The position numbers and the translations under genes were made by a program. From contig JARRQT010000076.1 in assembly GCA_037381445.1 (NCBI GenBank), positions 1 to 32,198 on the forward strand: a DNA stretch of 32,198 nucleotides, given 5' to 3'. Source of the stretch: Calditrichia bacterium. Lineage in GTDB: Bacteria; Calditrichota; Calditrichia; RBG-13-44-9. The notes beneath the pieces are model-generated. The model made no database searches. It saw only the letters and a list, made by a program, of their open reading frames with translations, and was not told the DNA's origin. Position 1 is the first letter of the stretch, and each line of letters opens with the position of its first letter. Shown one piece after another: positions 9,707-18,894 of this stretch.

Positions 9707-10669
9707 TTATTCGCTTTCCGCAAAATAGGCGCTCACAGCGCCCGGCATGCTGATAATCCGGCCGGCCCATGCAGCGGCAAACTGGCCGATTTCAAGAAGC
9801 CGTTTCTCTGGTATTCGGGCGAGGTCGGTCAAAGAAATATTTCGCAGCCGGGAAAGGAGTGCCGCGCTGAAAGCATCACCGGCCCCGGTGGTATCGGCCA
9901 CCCTTACGTTCATGGCCGGGATTTGCAAGCTGGAATGGTGGGTAAAAAAACGGCTTCCTTGTGCTCCCCTGGTGATGATCAGAAGAGAGATGCCGCGATT
10001 GAGTAACTCCGACGGCTCCAAGTCCGAAAATATCACATCAAATTCCGGTTGGCTCAATTTCAGGATATCCACGAAAGGCAGCGCCTTTTCGATGCGGGGC
10101 ATGAGCAGATCCGGGTTCCCGCAGAGATCGAGCCGGATATTGGGATCGAAAGAGACCATACAGCCGGCATTTTTTGCGCCGGCAAGCAGAGAGAAGGTGG
10201 TTTCCGAGGTAATATCTCCCAGTAACGCAACCCCGCCAAAATGAAAAATTCTGGCCGTCTGCAATTGAGAGCGGTTTATCTCATCCAGTCGGATATATTT
10301 TTCGGCGCTGTCCCTGTTGTGGAATTCAAAGGTCCGTTCCCCCGATTCATCGATTGCCACGAACGCCAGCTTGGTAGGGTGAGTTGCATCCGTGAGTATT
10401 TCACCGGAATCCAGGCCCATTTTCTGCAGCCGGTCTTTCAGAAATTGGCCGAAGGAATCTTCTCCCACTTTGCTCCACAGGATCGACGGCACGTTATGAT
10501 AGTGCAGCCCGATGGCAACATTTGCCGGCGCGCCGCCGATGCTTTTTCTGAATTTTTCAATTTCGGGCAATTTTTTACCGGGTTCTTCAGAGATAAAATC
10601 GATGATTAACTCTCCCAGGCAGATCACCTTGGGATGGGTCCTATCATTTTTTTGGGAATCAGGAATCAT
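9707..10669 (-). CDS. PfkB family carbohydrate kinase (fructokinase-like)
   Basis: CLGELIIDF, GGAPANVA, SFDPNIR and DTTGAGDAF signatures. ATG 10669 (GAGG upstream) preferred over 10729. Confidence 0.92.
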   Translation of the reverse strand: MIPDSQKNDRTHPKVICLGELIIDFISEEPGKKLPEIEKFRKSIGGAPANVAIGLHYHNVPSILWSKVGEDSFGQFLKDRLQKMGLDSGEILTDATHPTKLAFVAIDESGERTFEFHNRDSAEKYIRLDEINRSQLQTARIFHFGGVALLGDITSETTFSLLAGAKNAGCMVSFDPNIRLDLCGNPDLLMPRIEKALPFVDILKLSQPEFDVIFSDLEPSELLNRGISLLIITRGAQGSRFFTHHSSLQIPAMNVRVADTTGAGDAFSAALLSRLRNISLTDLARIPEKRLLEIGQFAAAWAGRIISMPGAVSAYFAESE

Positions 10670-10818
10670 AAAGCTGTCAACCTCTGCATTTTCAGATTGA
10701 TCACGATTTGAAGCAATAAGACAGGCCATTCGGCCCGGCCAATCTATTCATCCATAAATATAACAGCGCAAGACGAAAAGAGGGAGGTGAATTTTTATGG
10801 GGTATCCACGAAGTGCAG

Positions 10819-10854
10819 AAAATGAAAGGGATGCCGCAAGGGAATCGGCATCCC
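10819..10854 (-). terminator. Intrinsic terminator of the T9SS cargo gene
   Basis: GGGATGCCG / CGGCATCCC 9-bp stem (10828-10854) followed on the minus strand by TTTCATTTT, just past the stop at 10868. Confidence 0.75.
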
Positions 10855-10867
10855 CTTGGGAGAATTT

Positions 10868-11977
10868 CTACTTCATCAGAATCATCTGTTTGGTGGCTTT
10901 CCATTTATTCGCTTCAATCCGGTAGAAATAAATGCCGGAACTCAGGTTGCCTGCGTCGAATTCCATATTATGTTTTCCGGCTGGCAAATTTCCGGAAAAT
11001 GCGGTAGCCACCTGCTCTCCGACCACATTATAAATGGATATCGTCACGGTGCCTTTTTCCGGCAGCGTGAAACCGATATTGGTGGTTGGATTAAAGGGAT
11101 TGGGATAATTCTGGTCGAGCGAATAGGCGGATGGTTTTGTAAAATCCTCCTGTGCAATGGCTGTAGCGCCGCTTACCCGGAAAGAGACATCCGAAGCCAT
11201 GGTGAAATCAGGATTGGTTTCCCCCACCAGGCTGCTGGCGCTGGCCAGCAATCCCAGATTTTCCCCCATCCATGTGTACTCGATTGTTTTCAGGGTATCG
11301 CTGAAATAGAGGATATTATTGAAATAGGTCAGACTATAAGTAGTCACCATTGCTTCGGTTCTCAGGCAGTCATAGGTCCCAAGCGGAACTGTAATTGTTC
11401 CGTAGGCATCAACGGAGTTGTCCGAAACAACGCGCTCGATCATCAGGAATCCCATGCCTGCGCTTAACGTGTCGGTATAATCCGAACTCCATGCTGTTCC
11501 ATAGGTGAACGGATATTTTATTAAAATATCGCCCGGTTCCTGGATAAGCGTGCTCTTTATTCCCTGTATTTCGCTGCCCGAACCTAATCCAAGCAATTCA
11601 GTATCTGAATTTTTGAGATAGAAATAGATATTGCCGGAATCTGCACTGTAAAGGTAGGCAAGGTTTGCGGTCGGGAAGTCCGCACTGAATGGTGTAGAAG
11701 CGACATCCACGATTGTAGTTTTTTGTGAACCGCCGCCTGAGTAAGTCGCCGCATCAAAATTCCAGGAATGGGGACCACCGCTTTGTCCGACATTTACCGG
11801 AAAGCCGTTCCCGGTAGAGTCGGAAACTCCATACTCATAATATTTATAACCTGTTTGGCTGGGAATTTCATTCGATGTTATGGTAATCTGGGCCCGGCCT
11901 GATAAATATAACAAAAAAATAATACCAAACATTATTCGGGAATATATCAAAAATTTCATATAAACGAACACATTCAT
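10868..11977 (-). CDS. T9SS (Por) type A sorting domain-containing secreted protein, function unknown
   Basis: N-terminal signal peptide ending ..GRA/Q; Ser/Thr/Tyr-rich body; C-terminal tail YSLDQNYPNPFNPTTNIGFTLP...IYNVVGE...LSSGIYFYRI...KQMILMK. Start uncertain among several in-frame ATGs. Confidence 0.88.
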   Translation of the reverse strand: MNVFVYMKFLIYSRIMFGIIFLLYLSGRAQITITSNEIPSQTGYKYYEYGVSDSTGNGFPVNVGQSGGPHSWNFDAATYSGGGSQKTTIVDVASTPFSADFPTANLAYLYSADSGNIYFYLKNSDTELLGLGSGSEIQGIKSTLIQEPGDILIKYPFTYGTAWSSDYTDTLSAGMGFLMIERVVSDNSVDAYGTITVPLGTYDCLRTEAMVTTYSLTYFNNILYFSDTLKTIEYTWMGENLGLLASASSLVGETNPDFTMASDVSFRVSGATAIAQEDFTKPSAYSLDQNYPNPFNPTTNIGFTLPEKGTVTISIYNVVGEQVATAFSGNLPAGKHNMEFDAGNLSSGIYFYRIEANKWKATKQMILMK

Positions 11978-12069
11978 CAGGAAATTATTAAAGGAGGGAG
12001 ATGTTGTTCTTTCATACCGGGCTGCTCGCCCGGTACGAAATCTACATGATTATATCAAGAAAAAAAGGA

Positions 12070-12957
12070 CTACATCACCACCAGACCTTCGGTGTTGGCA
12101 TTAATCAGATTTTCGGTGTCGAGATCGGTCTGTATGAGAATGGCGCGCTGCAGCACGGGGGTAGTGATGTCGCATTTAACGAATTTATTGTTGACGATCT
12201 GGGTCTCTCTCATGATCGGTTTATTAATTTTACATTTCTCGAAATTGGTGTTATTCAGGATAGCGGTGGCAAACCGGCAGTTTTGAAGGAGACTGTTTTT
12301 GAAATGATTATTGTCGACCAGACAGCCGATATAATTGACTTCGATCAGATCATTGTTTACAAACTCACAGCGGTAAAACTGGCTTCCGGAAAACAGCGCA
12401 TTGTCCAGCTTACTGTTATTGAAAGAAATCCCGTCGAAAAAACTCATCATGAAATTGCTGTCAGCGATCTGGGCTGATTTAAATGTATTATCCTTCCAGA
12501 AAGTGTTTTTCAAATCGGCGGATTTGACATAGAGATTATCGAATTGACAGTTTTTGGTTTTAAGAAGATTGCCTTCAACCAAAGACATGTCAACGCCTGA
12601 AAAGGAGGAATCCAGAATAATGGTACCGCTCAGGGTTGCCTGAATCATCTTGGTATTATTGAACCGGCTGTTCTGGATAAAGCTTCTTTTCAGATTGATA
12701 TTGGTCAAATTTGAATCGCCAAAATCGACATCAATTAGCATTGCTCCCATAAATGAGGCGCTGCGCAAATCGAGGCCGGATAAATCATAGCCATCCAGAA
12801 CAATTTTATCGAGGGTTACCGGCGCAACGGAATTATCAATATTAATTCGCAATTTTTTCAGATATGATTTTTTGTCCGGGATATGCTGCCAACAATAGTG
12901 GGTGAAAGAGATGGGTTTAAAGGGACAACCTTCTTCCGCACATTTGTGATAGGACAT
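12070..12957 (-). CDS. Pentapeptide repeat protein with N-terminal Cys/His motif
   Basis: Tandem 5-residue repeats (YDLSG LDLRS ASFMG AMLID VDFGD SNLTN INLKR...) over about 240 aa; N-terminus C-x4-C-x10-C-x2-H. Confidence 0.88.
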   Translation of the reverse strand: MSYHKCAEEGCPFKPISFTHYCWQHIPDKKSYLKKLRINIDNSVAPVTLDKIVLDGYDLSGLDLRSASFMGAMLIDVDFGDSNLTNINLKRSFIQNSRFNNTKMIQATLSGTIILDSSFSGVDMSLVEGNLLKTKNCQFDNLYVKSADLKNTFWKDNTFKSAQIADSNFMMSFFDGISFNNSKLDNALFSGSQFYRCEFVNNDLIEVNYIGCLVDNNHFKNSLLQNCRFATAILNNTNFEKCKINKPIMRETQIVNNKFVKCDITTPVLQRAILIQTDLDTENLINANTEGLVVM

Positions 12958-13230
12958 TCTAATTACCCCCGTATCAAGTCAATTTCAGTATAAAAGTTCA
13001 TTTATTTCAAAACGTTATAAAATAAAAAAAATTTGTTTATTCGATTTCAAATGACCTTCCGAATCCGAAATAATTATTACTTAAACATACCCTTAGGTGA
13101 ATTTTAAAGATTGTTCGCCTTCAATTTGGGGATGCTGAAAAGAAATTTTATCACTGCTTAATCTGAAATAGATTGTTAATATTGAACTCAAATAATTTTT
13201 AAACGATTAAACTAATTAAATTGGAGAATC

Positions 13231-15129
13231 ATGGTGGCTATAGGTTATCGAACGATAATTTCCGGAGGATCAATCATGTGTTTACTTGGTGTACTCTTCT
13301 TTAATCCCGTATCGGCTTCTTCGCAATCACAAAAACTGAAATCACGCGATCAGATAGAGAAACAGTATCAATGGCGTACTGAGGATGTGTTTAAAACGGA
13401 TGAAGAGTGGGAAGACAGTTTTAATCAACTGAAAGAAATGCAAAGCGAACTCGCGCCATTCAAGGGAAGACTGGCGGAATCATCTGATATGCTGCTCAAT
13501 TGTCTCAAGATCCGCGATAAAATTAATATTTTAATGGGAAAGCTGTCCTTCTATGCCCATCTGAAAAACGATGAGGATACCCGGGTATCGAAATACCAGG
13601 CGTTCCGGGAACGGATTTCAACGCTGGGCACCCGGGTGCGGCAGGCCGAGTCTTTTATTCAGCCCGAAATCATCGCCATGCCCGAATCTAAAATCTGGCA
13701 ATTCGTTGACAGCAACGAAGATTTGAAGGTCTACCGGCACTATCTGGAGGATTTGCTGCGTTCAAAAAAGCATATTCTCAATCAGGAAGGAGAACAGTTG
13801 CTGGCCCTCTCCGGAGATATGGCCGGAACGCCATATCAGGTGTTTTCAATGTTCAATAATGCGGACATAAAATTTCCGGCAATCAAGGATGAGAACGGCA
13901 AGGAAGTGGAGCTAACCAAGGGGAATTTCTCTGTGTTTATGAGGTCCGGTGACCGGAGAGTGAGGGAAGATGCCTTCCGGGCCATGTATACTACCTATAA
14001 TGGCTGGATCAACACCCTGGCGGCGAGTCTTTCCGGTGCGGTAAAACGGGATATATTTAATGCGAAAGCCCGCAAATACAACAGCGCACTGGAGGCCGCG
14101 CTGGATGCCGACAATATTCCCGCCGCCGTATATGATAATGTTATCAGCACGCTCAATAATAACCTGGAACCGATGCACAAATATATGGCCCTCCGCAAAA
14201 AAATTCTGGGTGTGGACAGGGTGCATCCGTGGGATTTATACGTTCCGCTTCTCAATGACCTTAAATGGGAAATCTCCTACACCGATGCGGTGGACACCAT
14301 CAAGAAAGCCCTGGCACCGCTGGGAAATGAATACCTGAAGATCATGAATGAAGGATTTTCTTCCGGCTGGCTCGATGTTTACGAAAATCAGGGGAAACGA
14401 TCCGGCGCCTATTCCAGTGCGGTTTATGGTGTTTCGCACCCGTTTATGCTTCTGAATTATAATAACATGCTGGATGACATGTTTACGGTCGCTCACGAAA
14501 TGGGGCATTCCATGCACTCCTATTTCACGCTTCATAATCAGCCCTTTATTTACAGCGATTACACAATTTTCGTGGCGGAAGTGGCATCCACTCTCAATGA
14601 GGCCATACTGATGGATTATATGCTGAAGCATACCACGGACAGACGGAAAAAACTGTACCTGTTAAATCAGTATATCGATCAGATACGGGGAACGGTTTAT
14701 ATACAGGCCATATTTGCAGAATTTGAGAAGCGTATTCATGACAGGGCGGAAGCCGGAGAAGCGCTGACCGCAGAAACATTCAATAGCATCGCCCGGGATA
14801 TCTATACCCGCTATTATGGTCCCGATTTTGAAATGGATTCGCTGTATGATGTTAACTGGAGCCGGATTCCGCATTTTTATTACAATTTCTATGTATATCA
14901 GTATGCTACCGGGCTTTCAGCATCCACTGCCCTGGCTCAGAAAATACTGGCCGGAGATAAGCAGGCGCGTGACGCTTACCTGCGTTTCCTGACCCGCGGC
15001 AGTTCGGATTATTCCATTAATCTGTTGAAAGATGCGGGTGTGGATATGACCTCTCCGGCGCCAATAGAAGCAACCGCGAGACTCTTTTCCAGCCTGCTGG
15101 ATGAAATGGAAAAATTGATGCAGCAATAA
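13231..15129 (+). CDS. pepF: Oligoendopeptidase F (M3B) with hydrophobic N-terminal leader
   Basis: GKRSGAYS, AHEMGHSMH (HExxH), FVAEVAST and WSRIPHFYYNFYVYQYATG motifs; 632 aa. Confidence 0.95.
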   Translation: MVAIGYRTIISGGSIMCLLGVLFFNPVSASSQSQKLKSRDQIEKQYQWRTEDVFKTDEEWEDSFNQLKEMQSELAPFKGRLAESSDMLLNCLKIRDKINILMGKLSFYAHLKNDEDTRVSKYQAFRERISTLGTRVRQAESFIQPEIIAMPESKIWQFVDSNEDLKVYRHYLEDLLRSKKHILNQEGEQLLALSGDMAGTPYQVFSMFNNADIKFPAIKDENGKEVELTKGNFSVFMRSGDRRVREDAFRAMYTTYNGWINTLAASLSGAVKRDIFNAKARKYNSALEAALDADNIPAAVYDNVISTLNNNLEPMHKYMALRKKILGVDRVHPWDLYVPLLNDLKWEISYTDAVDTIKKALAPLGNEYLKIMNEGFSSGWLDVYENQGKRSGAYSSAVYGVSHPFMLLNYNNMLDDMFTVAHEMGHSMHSYFTLHNQPFIYSDYTIFVAEVASTLNEAILMDYMLKHTTDRRKKLYLLNQYIDQIRGTVYIQAIFAEFEKRIHDRAEAGEALTAETFNSIARDIYTRYYGPDFEMDSLYDVNWSRIPHFYYNFYVYQYATGLSASTALAQKILAGDKQARDAYLRFLTRGSSDYSINLLKDAGVDMTSPAPIEATARLFSSLLDEMEKLMQQ

Positions 15130-15163
15130 ACAAATTGTTTTTCCGACTGAATTGTTTATTTGC

Positions 15164-15199
15164 GGCCTGCCGGGAATCATAAATTTATCCGGGCAGGCC
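15164..15199 (+). terminator. Stem-loop downstream of pepF (probable terminator)
   Basis: GGCCTGCC...GGCAGGCC inverted repeat after the stop; U-tract is weak (ATTCTATT). Confidence 0.55.
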
Positions 15200-15289
15200 A
15201 TTCTATTCCATTAAATATTCATTGAACCAAAAGCCTGGCCTTTAATTCGGATTGTTCAGACTCCAGAACTCCCCGATTCCACAAATTCA

Positions 15290-15318
15290 TTGATTTTATT
15301 TGTTTAAATATGTATAAT
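15290..15318 (+). promoter_or_regulatory. Sigma70-type promoter for the dehydrogenase/DJ-1/LOG genes
   Basis: TTGATT (15290-15295), 17 nt spacer, TATAAT (15313-15318), 30 nt before the GTG start. Confidence 0.65.
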
Positions 15319-15348
15319 TTTAATCTTGCTTAGCCGGAGAGCGTTGCC

Positions 15349-16326
15349 GTGTCTGAAAAGAAGCATAAAATATTTATTACCAGGGCTATTCCCCGGGCGG
15401 GAATTGATATTTTGAAGGATGTCTGCAGGATTGACGTTTATCCTGAAAACCAGGGTATCCCGCGCCGCCAATTAAAAGAGAAGGTCGCCGACGCGGAAGG
15501 GCTGCTTTGCCTGCTGACCGATTCCATTGACCGGGAGATTATCGATAATGCGTCGCGGCTGAAGGTGATCAGTAATTTTGCGGTGGGTTACAACAATATT
15601 GATGTTGATTATGCAGCGCAGAAAGGCATATGGGTTACCAATACTCCCGGGGTTCTGACAGACGACACAGCGGATTTTTGCTGGACGCTGATCATGGCCG
15701 TAACACGCCGCTTGGTGGAGGGCGATCGGATGGTGCGTTCCGGCGGATTCAAAGGCTGGGCTCCCATGTTCATGCTGGGACAAAATCTACGTGAAAAGAC
15801 CCTTGGCATAGTGGGAGCTGGAAGGATCGGCGCAGCGGTGGCCGAACGCAGCCGGGGCTGGAATATGCGGATTCTTTATTTCGACAGAAACAGGAATGAA
15901 TATCTGGAAAACGAATTGGGCGCCGAAAAGGCTGATCTGGAGCGTTTGTTGGGAGAATCGGACCTGGTTTCGCTGCATGTTCCGCTAACGGACGATACCC
16001 GCCATATCATTGACAGGAAGGCTCTGCAACGGATGAAGTCCTCGGCCTATCTGATAAATACCGCTCGGGGGCCGTTAGTGGATGAGGCTGCTTTGGTAAC
16101 CGCTTTGAGAGAAAGCTGGATCGCCGGAGCGGGGCTGGATGTATTTGAAAATGAACCTGAAGTTGCCCCGGGATTAAGTGAGCTGGAAAATGTGATTCTT
16201 GCTCCTCATCTCGGGAGCGCGACAGTGGAAACCCGTAACGAGATGGCACGGCTTGCCGCCCGCAACCTGCTGGTGGCGCTGGAGGGTAAAAAACCGCCAT
16301 TTCCAGTCAATTCGGTTGCGCAATAA
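15349..16326 (+). CDS. gyaR: D-2-hydroxyacid dehydrogenase (glyoxylate reductase / D-glycerate dehydrogenase)
   Basis: AVGYNNID, TNTPGVLT, GIVGAGRIG, LINTARG, GLDVFENEP, PHLGSAT. Confidence 0.9.
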   Translation: MSEKKHKIFITRAIPRAGIDILKDVCRIDVYPENQGIPRRQLKEKVADAEGLLCLLTDSIDREIIDNASRLKVISNFAVGYNNIDVDYAAQKGIWVTNTPGVLTDDTADFCWTLIMAVTRRLVEGDRMVRSGGFKGWAPMFMLGQNLREKTLGIVGAGRIGAAVAERSRGWNMRILYFDRNRNEYLENELGAEKADLERLLGESDLVSLHVPLTDDTRHIIDRKALQRMKSSAYLINTARGPLVDEAALVTALRESWIAGAGLDVFENEPEVAPGLSELENVILAPHLGSATVETRNEMARLAARNLLVALEGKKPPFPVNSVAQ

Positions 16327-16405
16327 TTTCTGCCGATTTTCAAAATCATTCTAATAAACTGACAGATATGGATAAATTTTTTTGGTGATTGATTAAGGAG
16401 GATTT

Positions 16406-16939
16406 ATGGCACGACTGGCCGGTAAACAGATCTTATTGGTTGTTGGACAGCGAAATTATAACAACCAGGAATTCGACTATTTAAACGATTTCTTTGCCCG
16501 GGAGGGTGCGGTGGTTTCAGTTGCCAGTCCCAAGCCGGAAAAGGCCGTGGGACGCCTGGAAGGATATGTGATTCCCCATCTGACCATTGCCGAAGCGAAC
16601 GCCGCGGATTATGATGCCATCGTATTAATTGGCGGATACGGCGCCTACACATATCTGTGGGACGATCCCGACGTGCATCAGCTGCTTCAAAAGGCAAATT
16701 CCCTACACAAAATTGTTGTTGGCGCCAGCGTTGCGGCAGTTGCCCTGGCCAATGCGGGAATTTTGGCCGGCAAAAAAGCTACGGTTTATCCCGATTATAA
16801 CGGGGCCGTGATTCTTGGCGAAAAAGGTGCGAATCATGTTTATGAAAATGTGGTGGTTGACGATAATATTATTACCAGCAATCATCCGAAAAAAGTCGAA
16901 GAGCTGGGCGAAGTGATTACCGAAAAACTGATTGGATAA
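16406..16939 (+). CDS. DJ-1/PfpI family protein lacking the catalytic cysteine
   Basis: DYDAIVLIGGYGA, LANAGILAGKKATV and VVVDDNIITS match the DJ-1/PfpI fold; strong AAGGAGG RBS; no Cys anywhere in the protein. Confidence 0.88.
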   Translation: MARLAGKQILLVVGQRNYNNQEFDYLNDFFAREGAVVSVASPKPEKAVGRLEGYVIPHLTIAEANAADYDAIVLIGGYGAYTYLWDDPDVHQLLQKANSLHKIVVGASVAAVALANAGILAGKKATVYPDYNGAVILGEKGANHVYENVVVDDNIITSNHPKKVEELGEVITEKLIG

Positions 16940-16941
16940 TT

Positions 16942-17757
16942 ATGTCGGAGAAAGCTGCAAAAGCCTACAAAAATCCTGTTTTTCTCAACAGCAGCGATGC
17001 CAGGACGGTTCGTATCCTGTCCGAATACCTGGAACCGGACGCCCGGTTCCGGAAGCTTAATATCAAAGATACCATCGTATTTTATGGTTCTGCCAGAATC
17101 CTGGATGGCAAAACTGCCCGGGAACGCCTTGATTTCTGGAAAAAGCGGGTGGAAGAAATACCCAGTGATGTCCACCGCAAAGAGCTGAAACTGGCGGAAA
17201 TTCGCTTTAAGATGTCCCGTTATTATGATGAAGCCCGCGAACTGGCCCGCTTGTTAACGGAATGGTCCGGGGGATTGAAGAACAGCCACCACCGCTTTCT
17301 GGTGTGTTCCGGGGGAGGACCCGGGATCATGGAAGCGGTTAACAGGGGGGCTGCGGATGTGGACAGCGGCAGATCTATCGGTCTCAACATTTCCATTCCC
17401 ACAGAGCAGGAAGCGAACGATTTCATAACCCATGACCTCAATTTTGAATTCCATTACTTTTTCATGCGAAAATTCTGGTTCGTGTATCTGGCGAAAGCGC
17501 TGGTGGTCTTTCCGGGGGGATTCGGCACAATGGACGAATTGTGGGAAGTGTTGACTTTGATTCAAACCGGCAAAACACAGAAAAAAATGCCGGTGGTGCT
17601 ATATGGAGAAGAATACTGGAAAAATGTTATCAATTTTCAGTACATGGTTGATAATCTGGTGGTGGATGAAAATGATCTGAAACTGTTCCGGATGGTTAAT
17701 TCCCCGCAGGAGGCTTTCCAATACTTGAGAGACCGCCTGACCGAGGCATTTCTATAA
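16942..17757 (+). CDS. LOG family (TIGR00730-type) nucleotide phosphoribohydrolase
   Basis: FYGSAR, SGGGPGIMEAVNRGA, FHYFFMRKFWF, PGGFGTMDE. Confidence 0.92.
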   Translation: MSEKAAKAYKNPVFLNSSDARTVRILSEYLEPDARFRKLNIKDTIVFYGSARILDGKTARERLDFWKKRVEEIPSDVHRKELKLAEIRFKMSRYYDEARELARLLTEWSGGLKNSHHRFLVCSGGGPGIMEAVNRGAADVDSGRSIGLNISIPTEQEANDFITHDLNFEFHYFFMRKFWFVYLAKALVVFPGGFGTMDELWEVLTLIQTGKTQKKMPVVLYGEEYWKNVINFQYMVDNLVVDENDLKLFRMVNSPQEAFQYLRDRLTEAFL

Positions 17758-17793
17758 AAGGGTATTTTGAAGAACATGAGTAGCAGGCTATAC

Positions 17794-18633
17794 TCAATTG
17801 CCTGATTTCTTCTTTACACCAATGACATTGGGGATCTGCCAACTGATTTGATTGTTATTATTTAGCAGAAAATCCGTTTCATAACTTCCCGCCAGTTCAT
17901 TCTGCAGCCCCTGCAGAGAATAATACAGACTTGCGGGCGGTCCGCCCTCCAGATACATGGCATTGCGAATTTCCAAAGGCAGCTTCAATAGTATGTTGAT
18001 AAAATCATGCACTGTATAGGGAGAACGGCAGTGTATGAAAAGAATATTTCCCCCCTTGTCGAAACCGAGAGCGGCAATGCTCCACTGGTTGGGCTGCTGC
18101 TCCCACACATTTTTTTGATGGCAGCTTATCATGCGGATACCCTGCACAAAAGAACGGTATTTTTTCCGAAGATCGGGGAAATTCTCGCATTGCCGATCAA
18201 TAATCCGGGCCGCCGGCAGACCGTCTTCCAGCGGACCGCAGGCGAACACACAGTTGTAGCTGTGATTCACGGTGGGATTATTGACATGGTCCCCGCTTTT
18301 CAGAAATCCCACCGAAGTAAGATAGTCTTTGGCGAACATGCCGGCATTAATGGCCGCGACCAGGTTGAAGTCCTGCGACCACTCTTTTACGGTTCGCAGC
18401 TTATTGTTGTATTGGCTGGCGCAATATATTTCGAAATCAAACTTTTCGGGGTCGATTTTAAGAACAGTAATGCGCGAATCCCCAAGCCTGGACTTGACAG
18501 GTGAATCAAATACCTGAAAGGAAAAACCGGGCTCCAGCTGCGCCCAATCCCCGGGAAAGCCCTCAGCGGATAAACGGGAAGAGGAAAGTAAAAAGCAAAC
18601 CAGCAGAAGCATAAATTTTGTAATTCGTATCAT
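17794..18633 (-). CDS. Exported phosphodiester glycosidase (NAGPA-like) family protein
   Basis: Signal peptide; ITVLKIDP, AAINAGMF, AMYLEGGPPASL and C-terminal IPNVIGV fit the family. ATG 18633 with GGGGA RBS preferred over 18669. Confidence 0.75.
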   Translation of the reverse strand: MIRITKFMLLLVCFLLSSSRLSAEGFPGDWAQLEPGFSFQVFDSPVKSRLGDSRITVLKIDPEKFDFEIYCASQYNNKLRTVKEWSQDFNLVAAINAGMFAKDYLTSVGFLKSGDHVNNPTVNHSYNCVFACGPLEDGLPAARIIDRQCENFPDLRKKYRSFVQGIRMISCHQKNVWEQQPNQWSIAALGFDKGGNILFIHCRSPYTVHDFINILLKLPLEIRNAMYLEGGPPASLYYSLQGLQNELAGSYETDFLLNNNNQISWQIPNVIGVKKKSGN

Positions 18634-18894
18634 CAAATCCCCGATAAATGAGTAAAATTGCCGCCTCACAGATTCAAAATAACTGTGATTTGAAAATAAA
18701 TCAAGTTCTTGTTTTATGACCCTGGGGTGGACAAATCTCCCGAACTGTCGGATAAAATCAAAGGATTTGCCTGGGCTGTAAAAATTGAATAAATTCGCGC
18801 GCGAATTATGTTTTTGAAAATTTCCTGTAATTATACAGCAGCATTCAGGGAAACAGGAGCTTCCTGAAATTAAATTGATCTGAAAGAGGTTGAC

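Noticed and set aside
12958..13230. AT-rich stretch as a replication origin or island boundary
   Set aside because: No DnaA-box cluster, direct repeats, tRNA or integrase; explained as a divergent promoter region.
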